This document shows positions 41,445 to 51,419 of a stretch of DNA of 64,000 bases, one piece after another (within the stretch, counting starts at the first letter, position 1; each line of letters starts with the position of its first letter). The notes beneath the pieces were generated by a model. The model did not search any database. It was not told where the DNA came from and was given only the letters and a program-made list of their open reading frames with translations. Origin of the DNA: Candidatus Hermodarchaeota archaeon (GTDB taxonomy: Archaea; Asgardarchaeota; Heimdallarchaeia; Hodarchaeales; Hodarchaeaceae); contig JBHLKY010000007.1 of NCBI GenBank assembly GCA_048886185.1, positions 99,092 through 163,091 on the forward strand. The letters run 5' to 3'. Made by a program: the position numbers and the translations under genes.

Positions 41445-42359
41445 CTATTGTGCGATCTCAATCTTTAAGGGTGTGGCATTACTCCAGAGTTCTTGAAATT
41501 TAGGTCTTAATTCCGATGCCAATTTTTTTTGCCAGACAAAAATCCAAGCAAAAAATTCATCAGGGTTTACTGGATTCATTATTTTCAAAAGGATTTTCTC
41601 ATTATCAATAATATCAAAAGCTGTCGGGGTCTGCTGAGTTCGTTTTACTTCAACTCGCTCTAAGTAAATGAAATAGTGTACTATTGAAGCTAAATATGAC
41701 TCTTCTCGACTTCCTGGTGTAATACCACTAAGTAGAATTTGAATAGATACTCCTTTCTCTGTTAATAATTTAATAGAAGCAATTAGATTTTCAAGAATCT
41801 CCTTCTCTGGTATACGGGCTGCTACTCTGATATTAAGAATTATTTGTAATTCTTTTTCAGTTTCATTGATTTTTTCAATATACTTACTGATTGCTTTTTC
41901 ACCAAGAGCAACGCTCCAGAATAAACTATCCTCTGGCTTTGTAGTTTGCAGATTGCTTAACTTCTCTTCAATCAAAGCTGCTTTTGTAGTTAGGATTTGA
42001 AGCTCATCCTTTTTCATTTTCAAAAGGTTATTTAGAGCAATTTTTGGTTCTTTCCCAACATATTGTTTTGGTCGAGATTCTTGCGTATCAGCGAGACCTT
42101 TGTCCTCTAAAGAGCTGAGAACATCATAAATTCTTCCAAATGGAATTTTTGATTCAGTGGCTATTTCTTTTGCGGTTCTAATCCCAGCTTTCAACAAAAC
42201 GAGATAAGCGCGAGATTCATAGTTTGATAATCCCAGCATTTCAAGTTCTTGAATAGTACGTTCCTCAACATCACTAAATTTATTCACCCAAAGAAAAGAT
42301 ATTTTTTCAATTTTATATAGTTTACAACTCATTGTTGTGAAAATGAGAGTGAAAGCCAT
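41445..42359 (-). CDS. TrmB family transcriptional regulator
   Basis: 304 aa. It has the N-terminal winged HTH LEMLGLSNYESRAYLVLLKAGIRTAKEIATESKIPFGRIYDVLSSLEDKGL. Confidence 0.75.
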   Translation of the reverse strand: MAFTLIFTTMSCKLYKIEKISFLWVNKFSDVEERTIQELEMLGLSNYESRAYLVLLKAGIRTAKEIATESKIPFGRIYDVLSSLEDKGLADTQESRPKQYVGKEPKIALNNLLKMKKDELQILTTKAALIEEKLSNLQTTKPEDSLFWSVALGEKAISKYIEKINETEKELQIILNIRVAARIPEKEILENLIASIKLLTEKGVSIQILLSGITPGSREESYLASIVHYFIYLERVEVKRTQQTPTAFDIIDNEKILLKIMNPVNPDEFFAWIFVWQKKLASELRPKFQELWSNATPLKIEIAQ

Positions 42360-42416
42360 TTAATCACCCCCCGTTGAGTTGTTAATTACGATAATCGTAA
42401 TAAGGAAAGTTGGAAA

Positions 42417-43274
42417 ATGAACAGAAATCTTCTATTAGGATTTAGTCTCTCTTTGATCGGAGCTGTTGTAGGAATGCTAGGTGGTATGGTAATTTTTGTA
42501 TTCACATACGAACCTTACATGTGGTGGGAAGCACACAGTCCATTGGCAGAAGAAGGATGTAAAGTCATTATTGAGGAGATTCTGCCTATTATCTCTGATC
42601 TCAGCATCATTGGTGGATTATTATTTGCGGTGAGTGCTTATGGATTCTATACAGAGGAGGAATGGTCTGTTTCAGTTGCAATAGTAGGTAATACCCTCTG
42701 TTTATTAGCTGGTTTTTGGCCTACTATCCCTGCGATGCAAATGGGGTTGATACCAATCTGGGGAATTATTTTTCTTCCGAATTTAATTATATTTTTAATT
42801 ATAACTCATTATGTAGCGGGTATCCCATGGATTACTGTAATTCTTGCACTTCTTACTGGAATAGCTTATGTAATGTGCTTCTTAAATGGTGTTGCAAGTA
42901 CTAATCGCATGAAGCTATTCTTACCTTATGAAGGAGCAGACATCAGTACTATTGCAGATCCAACTGTAACTATTCACGCGGTTTTCAGAGCTTTACAGAG
43001 AGTCAGTTGGGCTGCAGCTATTGGTTGGGGGATTACAACAATTGGAATCCTACGTCGTCCGAATGAGGATTGGGTACGCATTGTAGCTCTTGGTTCTGGT
43101 ATTTTAGCTATAGTAACTGGATATCCTGTAGCTGTTGCGTCATCGCTTAGTTTTGGGAAATTTTCTATGTTCTTCATGGCACCAATTCTCTCAACTTTAC
43201 TGGTAATGGTTCCATTTTTCCCACGGATATGGAATCGACTAGTTCTTTCTCCTGAAAACCAAGCTGCGAATTAG
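42417..43274 (+). CDS. hypothetical integral membrane protein
   Basis: 285 aa with about 7 TM helices. It is divergent from the trmB-like gene. Confidence 0.4.
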   Translation: MNRNLLLGFSLSLIGAVVGMLGGMVIFVFTYEPYMWWEAHSPLAEEGCKVIIEEILPIISDLSIIGGLLFAVSAYGFYTEEEWSVSVAIVGNTLCLLAGFWPTIPAMQMGLIPIWGIIFLPNLIIFLIITHYVAGIPWITVILALLTGIAYVMCFLNGVASTNRMKLFLPYEGADISTIADPTVTIHAVFRALQRVSWAAAIGWGITTIGILRRPNEDWVRIVALGSGILAIVTGYPVAVASSLSFGKFSMFFMAPILSTLLVMVPFFPRIWNRLVLSPENQAAN

Positions 43275-43420
43275 CATTTATCTTTGAAAAAATGAAATTA
43301 GCTCAGACTTTGGGGATTGAGAAAGCTTTTCTCATCCCCTTTCTGACTTTTTCTTCTTATTCTGAACTCATACATTAGTAAAAATCCTGAAGAACCATTA
43401 AATGTTTGATAATATAAAAG

Positions 43421-44275
43421 GTGAAAAGAATAATATATTCTCAAAATAGAGTACTTCCTTTTGAAGCTATTTATGGAGTACCAATGATTATTTTATGGAT
43501 TGTTACATTTTTGTTCTGTATTATCTTGATTGATGCGAAATTGTTGACTAAAAGAGTGAGATTTGGAATTTATGCATTAAATATTGTAAGTGCAGGTATT
43601 TTGTTAGGTGGAATACCCAATGCAGTCGTCCCTATACAAGAAGTTATTATAACAATTGGTCTTAGAGGTGATTTTGGCTATCTTCTCCCAGCAATTATAG
43701 TTTTAAGCGTTTTATTGATTTCATCTGTGTTCGTAGGAAGGATTTTTTGTGGATTTGCATGTCCTTTAGGAGCTTTACAAGAAATCATCTCTGGAATAAA
43801 CTTCAAATCTAATCTAAAATCACACAAACAAGTGAAATATCGAATTGATGTCTTCTCTCCTTTGCCAAGTATAATCCGATGGATTTTTCTTGGTGTTATA
43901 ATTCTTTTGGCATTTTTGGGTGTTATTCTTCTTCCATTGTTTAATCCTCTCTCAGGATTTGCAGTTATAAAAAGACAATTTGAACTTGCAGTGATAATTC
44001 CTTTCATCAGCTTAATTTTTGTAAGTTTCGCGAGTATTTTTTTGTATCGTCCGTGGTGTAGGTTTATATGTCCTTTTGGTGCGGGATCCTCCCTCTGTGG
44101 ACGGTACACCAGAAAAAAATATCGTCGAACAGAAAACTGCACAAATTGTGGGGCATGTGAAGAAATATGTCCTACTCAAGAAGCAGGAACTGATAGTAAG
44201 AAGGGAGAGTGCTATTATTGTAATCGCTGCATAGAAATATGCCCCCATGACGCTATCACGCTTAATTTAGGGTGA
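43421..44275 (+). CDS. NapH/MauN-like membrane-integral polyferredoxin (4Fe-4S binding)
   Basis: 284 aa. It has the FCGFACPLGALQE and RFICPFGA CxxCP-type TM motifs plus two C-terminal CxxCxxCxxxCP clusters (CTNCGACEEICP, CYYCNRCIEICP). Confidence 0.65.
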   Translation: MKRIIYSQNRVLPFEAIYGVPMIILWIVTFLFCIILIDAKLLTKRVRFGIYALNIVSAGILLGGIPNAVVPIQEVIITIGLRGDFGYLLPAIIVLSVLLISSVFVGRIFCGFACPLGALQEIISGINFKSNLKSHKQVKYRIDVFSPLPSIIRWIFLGVIILLAFLGVILLPLFNPLSGFAVIKRQFELAVIIPFISLIFVSFASIFLYRPWCRFICPFGAGSSLCGRYTRKKYRRTENCTNCGACEEICPTQEAGTDSKKGECYYCNRCIEICPHDAITLNLG

Positions 44276-44399
44276 TTTTTCTTCATCTAGTACTTTAATT
44301 AATTATACCTATTTCTTAATTAACATCGTCCTATATGTTTCTCTGTGACATGACTGAAAGAATAATAGTTTGTTTCCATTAAAAGGAGGATAAATTTTA

Positions 44400-45611
44400 T
44401 TGAATCAAGCAAACATACCAGAAGAAAAACTCATGCAAATAGTGAAAGAAAAACATGAACAAATACCTTCCATAATGATGGAAAATGAAGTTGATTGCTG
44501 GATTATCTTTATAAGAGAAACTGAAGCAAATCCTGATCCAGTTTCGGACTTGGTTATAGGAGGAAAAGTCGTTTGGGAATCTGCTTTCATATTTATTAAC
44601 AAAATGGAAATATTTTCGAAAGTTGCAATCGTGGGAAATTTTGATGCTCCAGCAGAGACGAAAAAAGCAATTTGGGATGAGGTTATTTCATATAAAGAAG
44701 GTATTGCTAAAAGTTTAAAGGAAACCATAGAAAGATTTGATCCCCAAAAAATAGCTCTAAACTTTTCCGAAGATGATGTAGTGTCCGATGGACTTTCCCA
44801 TGGAATGTTCTTAAAAATTTCAAGCATACTAAAAGATAGGGCTGAACATTTTATTTCTGCTGCACCAATAATTCAGGCCATCAGAGGAAGAAAAACAAAA
44901 ACTGAAATTGATTTAATTACTAAAGCCTGTGAGTTAACTGAGGAGATCAATCAAACAATAACTCCTTTATTAAAACCTGGTATGAACGAAACTGAGATTC
45001 AAAAGTTATTTCACTCTGAAATGGATCGATTAAGAGTAGCTACAGCATGGCAACGAGTATCTTGTCCTGCTATTGATGCAGGGCCAGATAAGGAAATAGG
45101 GCATATAGGTCCGGCCCCAAACCATATTACAAAGAGAGGGCACACTTTACATAATGATTTTGGGATTAAACTACAAGGATATTGCTCTGATATTCAAAGA
45201 ATGTGGTTTTTTGGTGATAATATACCAGATGAACTGGTTCATGCTTTCAAAACAGTTCAAAAGGCCATTATTAAAGCAGCTGACTACATTAAACCAGGTG
45301 TAACTGGGTATTCTGTTGATAAGATAGCCCGAGATTATGTGAAATCGAGAGGGTACGAGGAGTATGCCCATGCCTTGGGCCATCAAATAGGAACAAAAGC
45401 TCATGATGGAGGAATAATTCTGGGTCCCCTCTGGGAAAGATACGGCGATACTCCTAGAGGAATTGTAGAAGTAAATAATGTATTTACTTTGGAATTACAT
45501 GTGAAAACACAGAATTATGGTGTAGTCTCATTAGAGGAAAACATACTAATTACAGAAAAAGGTTGTCGGTTTCTTATCCCCCCACAAGTGAACTTCATTT
45601 TGATTAAATAA
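44400..45611 (+). CDS. M24 family Xaa-Pro aminopeptidase/dipeptidase
   Basis: 403 aa. It has the creatinase-like N-domain and the pita-bread motifs HALGHQIGTKAHDGG. TTG start. Confidence 0.8.
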   Translation: MNQANIPEEKLMQIVKEKHEQIPSIMMENEVDCWIIFIRETEANPDPVSDLVIGGKVVWESAFIFINKMEIFSKVAIVGNFDAPAETKKAIWDEVISYKEGIAKSLKETIERFDPQKIALNFSEDDVVSDGLSHGMFLKISSILKDRAEHFISAAPIIQAIRGRKTKTEIDLITKACELTEEINQTITPLLKPGMNETEIQKLFHSEMDRLRVATAWQRVSCPAIDAGPDKEIGHIGPAPNHITKRGHTLHNDFGIKLQGYCSDIQRMWFFGDNIPDELVHAFKTVQKAIIKAADYIKPGVTGYSVDKIARDYVKSRGYEEYAHALGHQIGTKAHDGGIILGPLWERYGDTPRGIVEVNNVFTLELHVKTQNYGVVSLEENILITEKGCRFLIPPQVNFILIK

Positions 45612-45725
45612 AATTAATTAACAAATTGTTATTAATAGCCAATAAAAGAATAACCACTCACTCTAAATTTTCAAGAGATTCTTTGATAAAAAAGATTTTC
45701 CTTATTTATCTTTCTTGGTGATCAT

Positions 45726-46733
45726 ATGGCCTTCCTCGAAGGATTCTTTGAACTTTTATCTGATCTTTTAATTGTCTACATAATGATTGGCATTGGGATC
45801 ATCTGGCGTTTTTCAAAATTTTATAAACCAGAATATGGTGAATGGATCACAAAAATAACAATTTGGGTTTTCTTTCCAATTAATATCATTTCTTCGTTTG
45901 CTTCTATTGAATCTTTTGCAGGTGAAACGATAATTATTGTGACCGTGATAGCATTCACAGTACATATAGCCAGCTTCCTTTCTATTCATTTCATCTCTAG
46001 AAATAAACCACCAGAAGAAGTGGGAGCACGGGTTCTATGCAGCACATTCCCCAATTCCTTATTATTTCCATTTCCGATTATTTTGGCAGTATTAGGGGAC
46101 TTCGCGTTGCTCTATGCCTCGATATTTGTTTTTATGGCGATGATACTCCGTAATAGTCTTGGAGTACTGTTAGGAATTTGGTATAACCCAGAAAATACTG
46201 ATAATAGTGTATTAAGGGAATCACCATTTTTAGATGCCAAGAGAATTTTACTCAATCTTCTGAAGTTCCCTCCTTTTTTAGCAGTAATTGCTGGATTTAT
46301 ACTACATGCGACTGTAGGGCCAGGAACAATAGGTGCTTTCCCTGGATTAGAGATAATAAAACCAATATCATTATATGGAGCTTTGATAGTCGTTGGAATT
46401 TCATTCCGAGGGATAGAACAACTTTATCCAAGGAGTCTTTTCTCAAAAGAAGTATTCAGGGTAAGTTCTGTCCGGTTTCTGATAGCTCCTCTAGTAGTAT
46501 TGATCTCTCTAGTAATACTTCAGGTTCATGACTCCTTTGTAGCTATTACGCTTATGATTCAAGGAATGGCCCCGCCAGCAGTTATTAATATTATGTATGG
46601 AAAATTCTTCAAACTAAAAGAAGATGAAATAAGCCTCTTGATAACTAGTTTAACATTACTAGCTTTGTTATTCTTACCGTTTGAACTAATTATTTTACTT
46701 ATCTTGTTTCCTATCCCTAACTTCTCCCTGTAA
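45726..46733 (+). CDS. AEC (auxin efflux carrier/malate permease) family transporter
   Basis: 335 aa. It has two 5-TM halves separated by a hydrophilic loop, and the N-terminus IVYIMIGIGIIWRF is typical of AEC. Confidence 0.6.
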   Translation: MAFLEGFFELLSDLLIVYIMIGIGIIWRFSKFYKPEYGEWITKITIWVFFPINIISSFASIESFAGETIIIVTVIAFTVHIASFLSIHFISRNKPPEEVGARVLCSTFPNSLLFPFPIILAVLGDFALLYASIFVFMAMILRNSLGVLLGIWYNPENTDNSVLRESPFLDAKRILLNLLKFPPFLAVIAGFILHATVGPGTIGAFPGLEIIKPISLYGALIVVGISFRGIEQLYPRSLFSKEVFRVSSVRFLIAPLVVLISLVILQVHDSFVAITLMIQGMAPPAVINIMYGKFFKLKEDEISLLITSLTLLALLFLPFELIILLILFPIPNFSL

Positions 46734-46773
46734 TGACATTAATCAATATTACATTCGCCAAGAAAAGTACTGT

Positions 46774-47379
46774 TCAGAGGAAAGCCATCAACTGTTCACT
46801 AGTATGGTCATCAATATACTTTTCAGTACGATAGACTTTTTTTGTCGTGACTGTGTAAAGAGCTCCTGTTGGTGTTACTTTTTCGTCAATTGCTTTTAAA
46901 ACGCTAATTATCTCTTCTTCACTTGGCCAGTGAGCCCATTCAAACGCATAATCAAATTCTCCGATAAGAATAGAGGACTTTAGTGTATCCAATGTATTTG
47001 TGGGTTCCATTTCCTGAATTACTTGCTCAATAGCACGAACAGCTTTTGAAAGACTTGGCCCATGAATTCGTATGAAAGAAAAAATTGTATGATGTGCTTG
47101 TTTTCCCATTTCTGCTGTTACTCGGTTAGTGTGGCGACTTTCAGATGTTATAGAATACTTTGTTGGTAAACCAGTTAGAGTATCATCAATTTTCTCTAAC
47201 AACGTGAATATTTGCTGATGTTTCGGATCCTCAATCCAGTGAAATACAAAATCATATCTTCCAAATGTAACTTCCCCTCTAGAAAGAGGAAGCTCAGATT
47301 TAATAGTATCAACAAGGTTCGATAACCGATCAAGGGCTTGTGGAATTTGTGGGCCATAAAGTCGAACATTAGACTTCAT
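46774..47379 (-). CDS. hypothetical protein with internal tandem duplication of an about 85-aa domain
   Basis: The start is at the ATG at 47379, with an SD site GAGGT 9 nt upstream. The two halves align as R.YGPQIPQALDRL...GEVTFGRYDFVFHWIEDP...LLEKIDDTLTGLPTKYSITS and RIHGPSLSKAVRAI...GEFDYAFEWAHWPS...VLKAIDEKVTPTGALYTVTT. Confidence 0.45.
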   Translation of the reverse strand: MKSNVRLYGPQIPQALDRLSNLVDTIKSELPLSRGEVTFGRYDFVFHWIEDPKHQQIFTLLEKIDDTLTGLPTKYSITSESRHTNRVTAEMGKQAHHTIFSFIRIHGPSLSKAVRAIEQVIQEMEPTNTLDTLKSSILIGEFDYAFEWAHWPSEEEIISVLKAIDEKVTPTGALYTVTTKKVYRTEKYIDDHTSEQLMAFL

Positions 47380-47721
47380 TATAGTTAACCTCTCACTTAT
47401 TATTATCAGAATTATTCTAAGCAAAGTTTTTTAATCTTTGTTCTTTGATTAGGTGAAATTCGAAATCAATTTTTTACCTAAATAACAAATACATATTTGA
47501 CAAAAAACAACCCACATATGAGCGCGGGGTTAAAACCAGCAGAGCTAAGACATATAAACTCCTCACGAATGGTTCACTTTCCGAGAGCTTAGTTACTTCC
47601 GTTTATGACTTTGTGTAATTAATGAATTTAAAGGTTACCAGAACTGTTAATCTCAAGAGAATTTGATAATTTCTTCTTAAATTAATAAAATAATAGCATA
47701 ATTACGAGTGTTGGTTAAAAA

Positions 47722-49407
47722 ATGGCGGATATTAAAGCTATAGCCTCCTTCATACCTCAAAATAGGCTCTCTATTGAAGAGTTGGTCGATAGCTATCACA
47801 GTTTATCTACCCTGAATTATAAGGTTGCCTTACGAAAGCTCAAACAAACAGTTAATCGCTTTCGTGGGAAGACTTTGCGTAGTGTTCGTTGGGTATATAA
47901 TCAACGGTTAATGCTTCGAGAAAAGGTTGTTCCAGGTCCTAATGAGGATGCACTAACTGCTGGCACTCAATCGTTAATATATGCTATACGTCGTGCAGAT
48001 ATTTCTCCGGATGAAATTGACGCGTTATTTGTTGTTTCAGAATCTTATCCCTATGCTGTAAAATCAAGTACCGCTATTGCGGGAAAAGCTGGTTTAACTG
48101 ATCTAAAGTATGGTGTTCGTGGAGAATTTGCCTGCAAACCCTTCGGGGAGTTTCTCGATATTGCAGCTGCACTTATTGATTCTGGGAGGTGTAGGTATGT
48201 TGCTGTTACTGCAACAGACGCTAGTCAAGGTGCTCCAGGGGATGATCTAGAATTTTCAGCATCTTTCTATTCTACTAGTATTATTCTTGGGAAAGAAAAG
48301 GGTATTGCTGAGATCAAAGGACGGACATCCATTAATTATGATTTTTCAGATTTTATAAGGAAAGAGGGAGAAGAATTTCCTGAGCATGAGGGTCAGGGTA
48401 CCTCACTAGCGTTCCGAGGAATGATCCTTTCTACATTAAAGAAACATCTAGAACGCTTTCCAGAAATGGATACTAGTTGTCTTTCAAGAAAGACTTGGGT
48501 AATTCATTCTCCCAATGGTAGTTTTCCTAATGAGGCATTATTAGATATTGGGAACCATTTTGGAGTTACTTTAGCTGAAAAAGTCTTTGATGATGATGGT
48601 ACTTTGCTAGGGATTGAACCTAGGGTTAATGTCTCAAATTTAGCTCCTGATATTGCTAATGGTTATTCTGCAACTGTACCAACCGCATTATGCAATGCTA
48701 TGGAAAATGCGAAAAAAGGTGAAGAGATTATGGCTGTTCTTTACGGTTCAGGAGCAGGATCGGACGTAATTAGCATTAAACTTAAAGCAAATGGATCACA
48801 AGTGGCTAATAATGGAGTTCCCACAGTACAGGAGCAGATAGACTATAAACAAAAAATCACTGTTGACGACTATTTCCGCTTTCGTGATAGTCCAGATCAA
48901 GTAGCGAGAAATATAGCTTTGCTCGAAGTAGACCCAATATCCAAAGAATATTATCAGATGGAGGGGTGTCCTGAATGTGGTGCTGTGTACTTTGGTGATA
49001 GTTGGACCAAGGGGAACTTCCCTGATTTTTCTCCTCCTGAAAAATTTGACGAGTTAGAAGGTCGATGTTTACGTGGGATTCAGAAAAGAGCTGGCGATCC
49101 TAAAAAAATATGTGGAGCCAAATTAAAACAGGTGAAAATTCCTAAAAGGGCAAAAATTAGAAATGTACACTATTATGCTCCTTCAAAAAAGTCCCCTGGC
49201 CATCCTGAAAACCCTTATTGGGCAATGTTTGATCAAAAGTATGTTAGGGGTTTTAATTACAATCCAAAAGTCTGTAGTTTTGCTGAAGGAGAGGAAGTAA
49301 AAGCAGTTATTGGTCGTTGGCGTCCTGCACCGAAAGGATGGGTACCAATATTATATGTTCCTATGTATACTCATCTAAGGCGAGATTACCAACAATCATC
49401 AAATTAA
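47722..49407 (+). CDS. HMG-CoA synthase-like thiolase-fold condensing enzyme fused to a C-terminal zinc-ribbon (DUF35-like) extension
   Basis: 561 aa. VPGPNEDALTAG, VSESYPYAVKSS, EFACKPFGE and TDASQGAPGDDLEFSAS closely match archaeal HMGCS catalytic regions, as does HSPNGSFP. The C-terminal about 190 aa carry CPECG...C..C. Confidence 0.7.
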   Translation: MADIKAIASFIPQNRLSIEELVDSYHSLSTLNYKVALRKLKQTVNRFRGKTLRSVRWVYNQRLMLREKVVPGPNEDALTAGTQSLIYAIRRADISPDEIDALFVVSESYPYAVKSSTAIAGKAGLTDLKYGVRGEFACKPFGEFLDIAAALIDSGRCRYVAVTATDASQGAPGDDLEFSASFYSTSIILGKEKGIAEIKGRTSINYDFSDFIRKEGEEFPEHEGQGTSLAFRGMILSTLKKHLERFPEMDTSCLSRKTWVIHSPNGSFPNEALLDIGNHFGVTLAEKVFDDDGTLLGIEPRVNVSNLAPDIANGYSATVPTALCNAMENAKKGEEIMAVLYGSGAGSDVISIKLKANGSQVANNGVPTVQEQIDYKQKITVDDYFRFRDSPDQVARNIALLEVDPISKEYYQMEGCPECGAVYFGDSWTKGNFPDFSPPEKFDELEGRCLRGIQKRAGDPKKICGAKLKQVKIPKRAKIRNVHYYAPSKKSPGHPENPYWAMFDQKYVRGFNYNPKVCSFAEGEEVKAVIGRWRPAPKGWVPILYVPMYTHLRRDYQQSSN

Positions 49408-49449
49408 TCTATTCCATTGGTCAAGTAGATTAATGAGTTTCTGGTTTTA

Positions 49450-50307
49450 TTATTTTTGACATTTTGAGCAATAGAAGGTACTTCTGTTTTTCTGAGTCAT
49501 CCGACTTATATGAGTTCCACAAACAATGCAGGGTTGTCCCTCCCGATTGTAGGCCATATGCCATGATTGAGCATCCCCAGTAGCGCCTGATGGTAGTTCA
49601 TAAGGCTGAAAATTCATAGAGCTCCCCTTATCTTGCAACGCCTTCTGCAATATTTTGCTAATCGCTAGTCCTAGCTCCTCTCTTTCAGTATTTGAGAGCG
49701 TGTCTACTTTTCTTAAAGGATGAATCTTCGCGCAAAATAGAGATTCAGTTTTGTAGATATTACCAATTCCAGCTACAAGGCGTTGATTAAGTAATACCTC
49801 ACCAATCGGTTTATCTTTAAAATTTATTTTACTAAGTCGAGTTAAAAACTCTTCTAATGGAAAAGGAGAGGCTAATCCATCAATTCCTAAAAATCGAATT
49901 GGATCGTACTGCATAACTTTCTCATAAGAGGAAAATACTTTAAATTGGCCAAAATTACGGATATCATCGAAAATAGCACATGGGGGTGTTTCCATCTGTA
50001 CAATTACTTTAATGTGGTTTGCGGTTGAGGGTAACTTATTAGTATCAGTATAAAGACACCACTTCCCTGACATGCCTAAGTGATTCAAGATGACTGCGTC
50101 AACCCTCTCAAAACACCAAACTAAAAATTTCCCAAAACGAACAATATCTTGAATTGTTTTCCCTTTAAATTGCTCAAAAAACGGCTGTTTATTATTATAT
50201 TTAGCATATTTTTGAGACAATGGAGTCAATTGAATCCTTTTGACTTTCTTTGAAATCAGTTGACATAATTCTCGTCTCACACTTTCTACTTCAGGACCTT
50301 CAGGCAT
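49450..50307 (-). CDS. formamidopyrimidine-DNA glycosylase / endonuclease VIII (Fpg/Nei family)
   Basis: 285 aa. It has the N-terminal MPEGPEVE with catalytic Pro2/Glu3, a helix-two-turn-helix region, and the C-terminal zinc finger CIVCGTHI...CSKCQK. Confidence 0.8.
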   Translation of the reverse strand: MPEGPEVESVRRELCQLISKKVKRIQLTPLSQKYAKYNNKQPFFEQFKGKTIQDIVRFGKFLVWCFERVDAVILNHLGMSGKWCLYTDTNKLPSTANHIKVIVQMETPPCAIFDDIRNFGQFKVFSSYEKVMQYDPIRFLGIDGLASPFPLEEFLTRLSKINFKDKPIGEVLLNQRLVAGIGNIYKTESLFCAKIHPLRKVDTLSNTEREELGLAISKILQKALQDKGSSMNFQPYELPSGATGDAQSWHMAYNREGQPCIVCGTHISRMTQKNRSTFYCSKCQK

Positions 50308-50514
50308 TTTTAATTACCATTTCTGATTTTAGAGATAACTCCCTAATTTCTTAACGATAAACAATGGTTTTAAGAAAAGCTTTACTCTTTTCGTTCTTTA
50401 CCATTAAAACTATTCTAGCAACCTGAATGAGCTGATAGTCGCACTTATAGTCATTGTACGCTATCTACAAACATATTACTATATAAACAGGCTTCTGTAG
50501 AGAAGATTTGAAGA

Positions 50515-51384
50515 ATGAATAAATTAAAATTTTCCACTTCAGTTATGGAAATTATTAGACGACGCTATTCTTGTAGAACTTATAGTTTAGAACCCCTTGA
50601 TGAAACAATCATTGATAATTTAAGAAAATTCCTCCAAGAAGACTATAGTAGCCCTCTAGAAGGTGAAATACGGTTTGAATTATTGGAGATGTCAGATTTA
50701 GATCCTAAAGTAAAGAAAAAACTTGGTACTTATGGGTTCATCCAAGGAGCTCAATATTTCCTTGTTGGAGCAGCTACAAAATCTAGGTATGATATGGAGA
50801 ATTTTGGGTATATTTTTGAAGAGTTAATATTAATTGCGACTGATTTGGGTTTAGACACTTGCTGGGTTGGCGGAACTCTTCGACGTAACAGATTTGCAGA
50901 CCAGATCAACATCATGGATAGTGAAATTATCCCAGCTATTACTCCTGTCGGATATGCAGCAAAACATCGTAGTAAAGTTGATAGATTGGCACGTTGGGCA
51001 GCTCGGTCAAAAAATCGCTACCCTTTTACAAATTTATTCTTCGAAGGAGACTGTAAGCATCCGCTTACTCAAGAGAAAGCAGTTCCATACGATATACCAT
51101 TGGAGATGATACGAATTGCTCCCTCGGCATCCAATCGACAACCTTGGCGAATTATAAAGGAAATTGATAGCCATCATTACCATTTCTTCATTCTTCGGAA
51201 TAGAAGCTGGTACAGCCACTTTCTCTCATGGCCTGATTTTCCAAGGGTTGATCTAGGAATCGCTATATGTCACTTTAATTTAACTGTTCAAGAATTATGT
51301 CTTCAAGGAAGGTGGCAATTTATTCGACCTAAATTCACCATTCCAAATCATCTAGAATATTTCATCTCATGGATTAGTGAGTAA
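50515..51384 (+). CDS. nitroreductase-family (FMN-dependent) protein
   Basis: 289 aa. The N-terminus IIRRRYSCRTYSLEPL matches the nitroreductase fold signature. Confidence 0.55.
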   Translation: MNKLKFSTSVMEIIRRRYSCRTYSLEPLDETIIDNLRKFLQEDYSSPLEGEIRFELLEMSDLDPKVKKKLGTYGFIQGAQYFLVGAATKSRYDMENFGYIFEELILIATDLGLDTCWVGGTLRRNRFADQINIMDSEIIPAITPVGYAAKHRSKVDRLARWAARSKNRYPFTNLFFEGDCKHPLTQEKAVPYDIPLEMIRIAPSASNRQPWRIIKEIDSHHYHFFILRNRSWYSHFLSWPDFPRVDLGIAICHFNLTVQELCLQGRWQFIRPKFTIPNHLEYFISWISE

Positions 51385-51419
51385 AACTTTTTTAAAATAA
51401 AGAAATATTTACGAAAGCT

